From: Eledone cirrhosa
Taxonomy: Eukaryota
Length of the DNA stretch: 64,000 nucleotides
Assembly (NCBI GenBank): GCA_964016885.1
Contig: OZ024740.1
Coordinates: forward strand, 148,304,001 to 148,368,000
Reading direction: 5' to 3'
Both the position numbers and the translations under genes were made by a program. The notes beneath the pieces are model-generated. The model worked only from the letters and a program-made list of their open reading frames with translations, did no database searches and was not told the DNA's origin. This document shows positions 53,854 to 64,000 of the stretch, piece by piece; the stretch's first letter is position 1, and each line of letters starts with the position of its first letter.

Positions 53854-56800
53854 GGCGACCTACGTAGTAAATCGTATCATCGTGAGCTCCGCAAAGGTTT
53901 GTTATTTTCAGTTGTTCTAAATTGTCATTCATGGAAAATTTTATTGTTAACTGTATATAAGTGCACATACATTGTTTTCTGAAAAGGACACCCAAAAAGA
54001 TTAGGGTCTTGAGCCCAAAATTTTAACTTTTATAATTATCAAACAAAAAATTTTCTTTGAAACATCATGGCTGACTCAGAATCACTCCTTTCTCACAAAC
54101 TAACACCTCACACCGACACCACCATTGTAAATATTACTACGCTTGCCAACACTAAAAAAAATATAAGCAGTAGCAATATTTTAAATTTGTCTCGGGCAGA
54201 TATTCATTTCCCGCCATTACCAATGACTGCAGGTGTTAAAGCCGCCACCACCACCATCACTGTGACCCACCACCACCACCGCGACAACAGAAACAAAAGA
54301 AAAAATGAATTAACTCGTGATATCGAAATGAATTCAACCAAAATGAACTCTTCCACACCGAACACCACTGACGCCACCACCACCACAACTGAAACTAAAA
54401 TTAATAATAACAAAAATAACGATAACAACAACAGCAACAATGACATTAAGAAAACCACCCTGAGTTTTGCCAGAGTAGCAAAACAGTGCGAAGCATTTCA
54501 GGTAACTCAGGAGGTATTAGAAGATGCCAAAAAAATGGTAAAGAAAGATGGGTACAGGGTCACCCCCCCCCCCCCCACCTAATAAAATGGACCATCGGCG
54601 CCTATGCACCGTGTCTTATCGAACAATTAATGTAAAATCGCGCCGAGTGGAACGGGCATCCGAGTCCCAAATCCAAAAAGCTTTGGGACATGTGTGGGCA
54701 AAAAAACCCCACATCAGACGTGGGCAGAAGTATGAAACCGTGGACGTGTTCTTTGAAACACCAGAGGAGGCTAGAGAACACTCCATGGCCCCATTAAGAA
54801 GTGATGACTTCACACTCGTCTCAAGCTATTGTGGCCAGAGACTCGTAAAGATCAGGGTGACCCACGTTCCACCGGCCATCGAAATTCCCTGGCTAATGGC
54901 TGCCGTCCTCGCCAGCATCGAAGCCAACACCAAGATAATAGCAATAGCGAAAGAAAAGCAGGAGAACTGGTCCGGTTCTGGGATGGAGCACCTGATCCAA
55001 GCGGACCAAAAAAGCAGAGGTAATAGACCCAGAGGTAATAGACCTCGCTGACGGCAGCCACCTCACCGTAATTGTCGAGGGTAGAAGGCCTAGGTGTGTC
55101 GTTTGTGGTGAAGGAACCCACCTAAGGGCTTTCTGCCGTCAGGCTAAAAGGTTGAGCTAAAAGGTTGAGCTAAAAGGTTGAGCTGAAAGGTTGAGGCCAC
55201 CTCTCCTACCCACCCCAGTGACTCAACCATCAACACCACCAGCAGCAGAGATGGCAGCAACTACTGTAGCAGCAACAACAGAAGCAACTATAACAGCAAC
55301 AACCCCAGCAACAGTAGCAAAACCAACACCACCACCACCCAACGCTTCAGAACTAGCACCAGCGCCTACACCATCCACCACGCCACAACCAAAACTAACG
55401 CCAGTGGAGGATTTTCCACTCCCCGGCCTATCACAACTGGAGACAGATTGTGACGACGAGTAGTGGGAAACGGTATCAGGAAAAAAGAAAAAAAGAAACC
55501 AAAAAAGAAAAAAATTCTCTTCCTTCCCCCTCCAAAAACAAAATACTGAGGGAAACAAATAAACTATCAAACAAAAAAGTTAGGACAGACATGCCACCAT
55601 CCACACCAGCATCACCAACCCCATTACCCCAAACACCAACACCATCACCATCATTAACCCCAACACCACCATCACCTACACCACAAAAGTCACCATTTTA
55701 TGAAACAGAAACAAACCCACAACAAACGTAAACAAAACAAAACAACCAAAACGATACACACTACACAGCATTAAATTTGAACAACAACCAATTATTACAC
55801 TACATCCAACACAACACCAGCATCACAGAAAAAGACTACACAACAACCCCAAAATTCACAACACCTCCACACATACAAATCACTCGCATCACACAGAAAA
55901 CGTACATGACACTAAAACAAAAATTCCCCAAAGACATCGGAGACTTCCGACAAGCACTCTCCAGGAGTATTTATAAGGACATCCTTCCTGAGGAGGCCAC
56001 AAGAAGTGAAAAGGATGGCGAAACCGTCCTTCCTCTACGCGAAGTAAGGTAAGTGGTCTTTCCCATCTTTTCCACTCCATTTCAACATGACCTCACTCAG
56101 AATAGGAAGCATAAATGCGCGTGGCTTGGGGTCGTCGTGGAAGCAGGGCCACCTGCTCAACGACCTCAGGTCACTAAACATAGATGTAGTGGCCATCAGC
56201 GAGACCAGAATCTCCGAAGCACGGGCCTTCGCACCGATCTTCGGCGGCTACGATGTGTACGCATCTCCCAGCCGTCCGGGACCGGGGGGAAGAGTTGGTG
56301 TGCTTTTTCGGAAAGGTTTGGATCTTGCCATACGGGCCATCTTCGTGGACCCAGAAGGTAAGTTGGTGGTGCTGGACGTGACCAGCGGAAACGGGCAAGC
56401 TTTCAGGTTAGTGGCCGTCTATGCACCGACAGGAGCAGGGCGGCCTGATTTCTTCCGGCGTCTGGAGACCTTTCTTGGAACGTCCCGCTCTTTAGTGTTA
56501 GTGGGCGACTGGAACGGGATCTTAGATGCACGCTGGGACTGTGTGGGGTTAGCGGTTAGGGGAGGAGGGTGCAATATTCTCACCAACCTGCTCAGGCGTT
56601 TTGAACTGCCTGACAGGTACCGATTGGATTTCCCGAATGTGCCAATGTGGATTTGGACAAATCGCATAGGGTCATCCAGATCATATCTAGATAGAGTATT
56701 TTTTAGGGAAATAGATAGGTCTAGCATAGGCTGTCCACAATTCAAGATAGTCAGCTACACGGACCACAAATTCTTGATCTGTGTGCTTGACTTAGATAGG

Positions 56801-59775
56801 CTTCATAGACGAGGACCCGGCTACTGGAAGCTCAACGCATCCTTACCAGCGCGCAAGGCCTACAGAGACCGGATTAGCGAACTAGTTAAGCGAGCGTTGA
56901 CGGGGGGCATCGTCAACAACAAGTGGTGGTTTGCTCTGAAATGAGCAATTAGAATAGAGTCCATTAGGTTTAGTAAGGCTTTAGCAATAGAGAAAAATAG
57001 AGCAGAGGGAGAATTAGTTAGAAAATTAGACGAGGCGCTTAGCAAAGGCATCGCGACCGACGTACTTGCGGCGAAATTGGCCCTTCACCAATTCTTCAAT
57101 GTAAAGTACGAAGGCTGCATTGTCAGAGCTAGGGTGCGTGCTCTCAGACACGAGGGGACGAAAGCCGTTCAATGGGCCCGAGTGGCGGAGGCGCGTCGTG
57201 GCAACAAAGCCACGATCCGGTCTTTGGTGGACCACGACGGGCGCATGCTACTCGATCCCGGGCAAATGTGTGAAGCTTTTCAGCGACACTTCGCACAGCT
57301 GTTCGGAGGCAGCGGCGGGCCGGATCGAGGGATGGACTTTAGTGTCTACCTCTACGGACTGCCGCGGCTCTCGGCGACTGAGGCGGAGTGTTGCGAAAAG
57401 CCGATAACAGCCGCTGAAGTACGGGAGGCAATGACTGGCTGCACAAGGGGTAAATCCCCTGGTTTGGATGGTCTGCCCTATGAACTTTACGTACAGATGC
57501 CAGACTTGTTCGGAGGCCTCTTGGCGGACGTCTAGTGCAACTGGCAATAGTACAGGAGAATTCCCAGCTCTGTGAGCCGAGGAGCTGTGGCGCTGCTGAG
57601 AAAGGATCCGACCAAGGGGGATAATATAGATAATTTCAGGCCCATAACTCTGCTAAACACAGAGTTCAAGATTTTGGCCAAGATGCTAGCAAAGAGGTTG
57701 GCGCTTTTCGTTGGTGGTTTGGTGGGAGAGGCGCAGACATGCGGCATTCCCGACAGATCGACCCACGACAACCTCCACCTCATGCGATACATCGTAGAGA
57801 GGGTAGCTAGGGAGCCTGGCACGGGTGGGTCCTTGATCAATTTAGATCAGTCGAAAGCATTCGATAGGGTCGACCATCGTTACCTAGCGGCAGTCCTGAG
57901 GGCGGCTGGCTTTGAGCCCGTCTTCAGAGGCTGGATCGCTGCCATGCACAGCGACATCTGCTCTGTGGTGAGAGTGAACGGTTACCTTTCGGAACCGTTC
58001 AACATCATGTGCTCGGTCCGCCAAGGATGTCCCCTCTCGTCCCTCTTGTACGTATTGACTCTCGAGCCATTACTGCACAAACTGGAGACGTTGAGGGGCG
58101 TCCCGCGCGAACTAGGATGCGGAAGATCCCTGTCAGCATATGCGGACGATGTCACCGTAGTGGTGTCGAACGCCAACCACATCGAGGCGATCGGTACTAC
58201 ACTAAGAGAATACGAAGCAGTGACGGGAGCAATGATCAACCAGGAAAAGTAAGTTAGACTGCAGCTCGGCACCTATAGAGGCAGGTCCATGCCGTCCAAC
58301 AGAGTCGTCGGGCGCTGGACGGACGGACCGGTTAAATTGCTAGGGGTCTGGTTCGGTCCGGACCTCCAGACGGACAAAAACTGGGACGAGGTGACGAGCA
58401 GGGTAGCTTCTCTCACCCAGAAATGGGCGGAGAGGAAGCTATCCCTGAAAGGTCGAGCGGAGGTGGCTAACGCGTACATCGCGTCCGTCATCTACTACCG
58501 CCTGACCGCCGTACCTTGTCCCAAGCCCCGCCTGACTGCGCTGGAGCGTTTGCTCTTTCGCTTTTTGTGGAAGGGACGCGCTCCGATGGTCAGGCGGTCC
58601 ATCTGCTGTCAACACCCGCTACATGGAGGGCTGGGCATGCCGTGGCTGATGATGCGCAGACACGCGCTCAGGCTACGACATCTCCACCTCTTCCTCGACG
58701 GTGATCAGGTGTGGTCGGCGTTTGCTAGACGCGTCTTTCCCCAGCTCGTCTCCTTGACGGAGCTGCAGTCCTGGGTCAAGCAAAGCCCGAGAGGGAGCGC
58801 TTGGAGACTGGAATGTCTTCAGGCGCTCACAGCCCTCGACCAATCGGGCAATGTGATCGGTGGAAACTCCACCTTGGCGTTCTATAGGGGATTAGTGGAG
58901 GGGAAGAGCGACGACGTGCTTGGAGAAACTCTAGGCGTCGACGAAAATCAACTAGCCAATCTCTTCGGAAGGACTTTCGGGCCGGGGCCTTTGGAAAACT
59001 TCCAGAAATCCCTGCTTGGCAGTGCTCCCGAGGAGCTTTGCCAGTTCTAGATAAACTCTACAGGCATGGAGGTGCCGTCAGCCGGGCATGTCCGAGATGC
59101 GCGCAGGGCGACGAAACCGTCCTGCACGCACTCGTCCAGTGTCCGAACATTGCTGACTTGTGGGTTTATGTCGAACACCTGCTGTCACGTGTAGGACGGA
59201 TCCAGCTATCAGCTGAGTCCATCGTGAGGATTTCCCCGCCCTCTTCCTTTAGCCGGGAAGCGCAGGCAGTTTTTAATCTGTCTGGTGGCCATGGCGAAAG
59301 AGATAGTATGGTGGACACGTTTGAAAGGGCTGAAGACGAGTACTTACTTCTGCGGTGATGCCCTGATTAACTTTTTCAAATTTCATTTGAAAAGGAAAAT
59401 CAGGGTAGAGAGGGAAGTGCTCTCTTCCCAGCATTTTGTTGAAAGATAGGTGAGAGAAGCAACTATGGCCCGAGAGAATGGGCCTACTCTGAGTATGTGT
59501 CTGTAAATTGAAGGTGGAAAACTGGGAGAGGGCACTTGCCCTGGTGGTCAGGGTCACTGTGGTCTTTTAATGGGCTTTCTCCACAAATGTCCCTCGGAAG
59601 TCTCCCCCCTATTGGGGAATTCTTCATTGTTATTTTTATTACATCCTCTGTTTTTTTTACACGCAGAAATGCCCATTTGTACCATCCTGTATTGTCCTGT
59701 ACTCTCCTTAATGTCTACTTTATGTAAACCCTTGTGGTTAATAAAGAAAACATTATTATTATTATTATTATTATT
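53854..59775 (+). mobile_element. Near full-length Tx1-like LINE, copy B
   Basis: ORF1 from 54067 (frameshifted, CCHC CVVCGEGTHLRAFC), ORF2 from 56087, and AATAAA plus (ATT)n tail. Preceded by (ATT)n. Confidence 0.92.
56087..59505 (+). pseudogene. Tx1 ORF2 (APE, RT, zinc finger), disrupted
   Basis: SINARGLG, ISETR, VGDWN, SYLDRVF, YTDHK, KSPGLDG, FRPITLLN, VRQGCPLS, AYADDV and CPRC...HALVQC. Several in-frame stops and frameshifts. Confidence 0.92.
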
Positions 59776-59791
59776 GTTGTTGTTGTTAATT

Positions 59792-59900
59792 TGCCGAGGT
59801 TAACGTTGCCTTTCATCCTTCTGGGGTCGATAGAATAATGTACCAGTAATGCATTGGTTATTTTGCTGGCCTTGTGCCAAAAGTAGAAACAATTATTATT
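59792..59900 (+). mobile_element. 5'-truncated SINE directly after the Tx1 tail
   Basis: gccgaggttaacgttgcctttcatccttctggggtcgat...ggccttgtgccaaaagtagaaacaattattatt. Confidence 0.85.
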
Positions 59901-60396
59901 GTTGTTGTTATTGTTGTTGTTGTTGTTGTCCAAATTATTTGTTTTTAAGCTATCATCCGTGAGACGCTCATCCGGTATTCTTATTAACTGCAAAAGAATT
60001 ATTTTCAAAATTAAGCTTGATAAACAATAAATACATCACAAACACAACTATAAGGAAGACCAAAATAGAAAACGTATAAGAAACAGATTTCTTATTTAAT
60101 GTATCTATTTTTTCAGTCTCTATGTGAAATGATTAAAAGTGCTTTTATCCCAGTTAGTATTTTTCTTACAATTAATATGTGTGCTCCCTTTTGTTTATGT
60201 GGTGTATGCATGTCCATATGTGAGTATGTGTATAAAGATTTAAGTATGTGATAATTATCAAAGAGTGAGGGCTCAACTTACATTGAAGGGTTTCTTTCAC
60301 CCATTAATAACTGCTGAATAAACATTATAAACTCCTAAAATGTTCAAAACGTTTCTAAAACGGAATCTTTAACATTGAAATTTTGAGCACTCGAGT

Positions 60397-60580
60397 AATA
60401 ATTGTTTCTATTTTTGGCACAAGGCCAGCAATTATCCAGTACATTACTGGTACTTTATTTTATCGACCCCGTAAGGATGAATGGCAAAGTTAACCTCGGC
60501 TGGATTTGAACTCAGAATGGCAAGGGCCGTAACTCTATGCGTCAAAGCATGGCCTCCGACCCTCTACCGATACTGCCAAT
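60397..60580 (-). mobile_element. SINE copy
   Basis: Full family sequence on the minus strand. Confidence 0.85.
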
Positions 60581-61896
60581 ATGTTTGGTGTATTGTAATT
60601 TCTGTATTTTTAGTATGACCACTATCATTTAATATATGCTAAGTTATATATTTACGCTTTATTCTAACTTAAAAGATTGTCATCTGACTGTAGGCATCTC
60701 ATGGTCTCAGTATATGAAGCACAAACAGAATGTCCATGCAAAAATATATTTGAGTGCATTCTTGTATTATTGAAGGCTATAGTTAAAGTAAACCCAACGT
60801 TGTGACTTAAAACAAAAACACTCGTGAAATAGAGACTATCTTTTTCTATAATGATATTGAAAACCTGTTTGATGATATCTATTTTAAATTAGATTGTCTT
60901 GGACAGTGAACATTACGTGCCTATGACTATGTACGTCGCGAGTTATGTTATAAGATAAAAAACAAAATCGAAATACAAAGTATAAATGTAGAATATCGTC
61001 AAATACAAATGACTGGGACTACTAATAAGAATAAGATTAATTTCTTACATTTTTCTGGGGTCAACATTAGTGCTGAATTGATGAAAAATAAAGAAAATAT
61101 ATTACCACTACATGCAGCTGTGTTTTAGAAACGTTTAGACAATGCCGCCTTTAATAATGTAAATATGGTTGCCGATTCACTTTCCTAAAAGAACTTTTAG
61201 ATTAAGTGCAAGCTATTTAGCAAACACTAGCGAATTTGCAATTTGAGCTAATTTTACATATCATTATCTAAATATCATTTGATTCTTTTTTCTTTTGGCC
61301 ACCATCACAGTTTCTTTTTTTCATATTTAGATATACATAAATACATGTATACTTATAAAACACGCAGATACAGACACATGTTCATTTATATATATTTGTA
61401 TATGAGTATGTAAGCGGGTGGAGTGTACCCATTAGAATCCCCAAATACTGATTTAACACAATACATTCTATTACTGATATTCTATATGAAAAAAAAAAAA
61501 AATAGCAACAACTTTTATAAGTACAACAAACAACTAATAATAGTTCTTATCAGCGCGAGTATGAAAATGTGTCCACAGCTAAGCTATTTTTCCTGCGCAA
61601 CAGAAGATATAGAAGAGGAAGATGAAAAGATAGGGAAAGAATGAATGAGCAACTTGAAGCAGAGTGAAAGAGTGGGTAGGTATAAGGAGAATCAGTTACA
61701 TTCACTATTTAAATGTTAGGAAAACTTTGCCTATTCCTCTCACACCCACACAACCTTCATCAAACTTAAAACTATAGCTGATGTCATGTGAGCTGCGAAA
61801 TTGGCTTTTTGAACTAAAGCGGTAATAAGAACTAGTTGATATTTCCTCCCTTGACAAATGATCGCTTTGTGACGGAGAAGTTGCTGTCAACAGTCA

Positions 61897-61910
61897 CCAC
61901 TAGATGGCAC
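61897..61910 (+). promoter_or_regulatory. CTCF consensus match
   Basis: CCACTAGATGGCAC fits CCASYAGRKGGCRS. Motif match only. Confidence 0.3.
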
Positions 61911-62068
61911 GTCGGAGGAACATAGCATAAACACTGTTTCTTTGTGTTCGTTTCTTCACATCGTTATTGCTACTGAAAACAAAACAAAAAATATATTTAC
62001 TTTTATTACAGCTACATAAATACATCAATGCATATATATATATATATATTATACACACACACACACAC

Positions 62069-62110
<42 letters not shown>

Positions 62111-63418
62111 ATATATTCCTTTTATGGTGGTCTAACATGGAGGTATGCCGACCGACAAAAGAGAGGTTTTACTTGTTTGTTTTCTAGTGAAATTAAAAGA
62201 TCTAAATAAACTTGCTATAATGAGATTTTCAGTCATTTATCACCACTTGAGTGTTTCTTTTTGTTTTTATGTTAACATTTTAGGTTAGGTGGTTGAGGTG
62301 ATTCCGTACCGGATATCACTATAATCAGACCAATTCGGTTTAGATTAGCTGTGGTTTAGTGTTCAATCCTACTATATTCCAGACTATCTCTTAATTCCAT
62401 TGATTTATTAGTATGGTCTTGATAGATTTTTTTCTGAATATATAATATGATATACTATGTTTACGTAATATTAGTAATGAAATAGAATATTAGAACCACA
62501 CGTCAAACACGTTATGAAGGCATTTCCCGTGCTGCTGCGCCATTGCAAACAATTTGAAGATGAACATTATACGAGATTATTTATTTCAAATTGAAGAGCC
62601 AAATAAAGGTGTTCAGTTCAAGATTTATATATTGAGTAATACACATGTGGGCAGCGAAATAACTCACATTCCTAGAAATGTGAGCACACTATTAGAATGT
62701 TGCCTAGTTTGATATCTTATATTCCTGAGTTCAAACTTTCAAACACACACATATATCATATCGAAGATTTTCTGCTTGATATATCACCGCTGAAGTGTTG
62801 CACTGTTGATCTAGTGAGCGTGTCTCTGGCCTTTTACATGAGTATCCGTAAGTTGGAAGGCTTTTACATTTGACGTTGATGTGGTATTTTATGTTACTGG
62901 TACGCGAGTAGTCTATTTTCACTGCATGTCGATTGAATATGTGTCGATATTTATGGCCTACAACTCACGAACTACGCGTGGAACCTCAGAAATAGCGGCA
63001 CAGCGTTCTCCATTAGATGGAGTATATGAATGGGAGCAAATTTTGTCACCTGGAATATTCTCACGCCACTGGCTTCAGAGAAATATCCACCTCGTCTGCT
63101 TCAGTCACTGTTCACACGAAGCAACATTCATTCTAAAAAATGGTATAGACCGAGTTAACTGAATTTATTTTTTTCGACAACCTAACTTTGCACATATGTG
63201 TTGCCCCCATCCGCTTTGTTGATGTTTTAATAGTTACCTCCCTTTTCCTATTTATAGCTAAATTCGAGATTACATGCCATTGAAGAGCATTCCTGTATTT
63301 CCTAAAAACATCTAAAGAGTCTATATGTTCATATAACAGGCTGAATGAGTTGTGGTGTATAGCCCAACGAAACTTAAATACCTGTATATGTCACTGTTGT
63401 AACTAATTATATTTATGT

Positions 63419-63459
<41 letters not shown>

Positions 63460-64000
63460 CGGTATGTTTAATAGAGTTGTATTTAGTCTCGCCGTGAAAA
63501 TATAACCTGTAGAACAAAACTCTGTTAGAGCGACAGTAATTCATTTAGTGTATTATGTAATATTTATACTGAAAATCTAGAAAGATGAAAAGGAACACTG
63601 TCTCATCCACCCTGTCCCTCTTTATATGTAGAAATATTAATTTATATTTCTTTCCCAATGTTCGGTGTTGAATTTTGTATTATTTATAGTAAATTATGAA
63701 GAGACAAAATTTAGTAAACAAACATTACTTCTATGGATTACGTCATGATTTAAAGCCAGAAGAATGTTAAAAAGCACACTCTGCTGAATATTTCATCAAA
63801 GATAATGTTTGCTTGGTGATTATTGCTTCATCGACACATATTGCTAAATCATATATAATATATAAAAACAACTAAGGAAATAGGGTAAGAAATTATGTTA
63901 TAGTACGGTTTCTAAGTTTTGCACACATTTGCAGAGATAGTGTAGACTTAATTGAATCAGTTCAGTAAAAAAGAAAACAAAATACAAAGCAAGAAAATTG

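Noticed and set aside
55143-55194. Short regularly repeated units, CRISPR-like at a glance
   Set aside because: Contiguous 13-bp tandem copies without spacers, in eukaryotic LINE DNA with no cas genes.

Overview
AT-rich, microsatellite-dense eukaryotic DNA. The repeat content suggests an invertebrate, probably a cephalopod (inference). No intact host protein-coding gene is recognisable, and almost all ORFs in the track are microsatellite read-throughs or transposon fragments. Two repeat 'ecosystems' dominate. (1) (TA)n arrays host short non-coding inserts with terminal redundancy and fold-back (hairpin) ends. Several carry type I hammerhead ribozyme motifs: three copies of an 80-nt hammerhead at 4262-4341(-), 4941-5020(+) and 5290-5369(+), a minimal one at 5687-5729(-), and a degenerate one at 35993-36040(-). 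These look like non-autonomous Penelope-like or retrozyme-like elements. (2) (ATT)n/(TAA)n tracts host strictly oriented piles of Tx1-like LINEs (two near full length), R4/Dong-like RLE retrotransposons (one near full length), a CR1-like 3' fragment and a tRNA-headed SINE whose 3' tail resembles the Tx1 3' end. The window also contains a Helitron-like element, several MITEs and a CRE-like fragment. Element boundaries were read by eye and are approximate.
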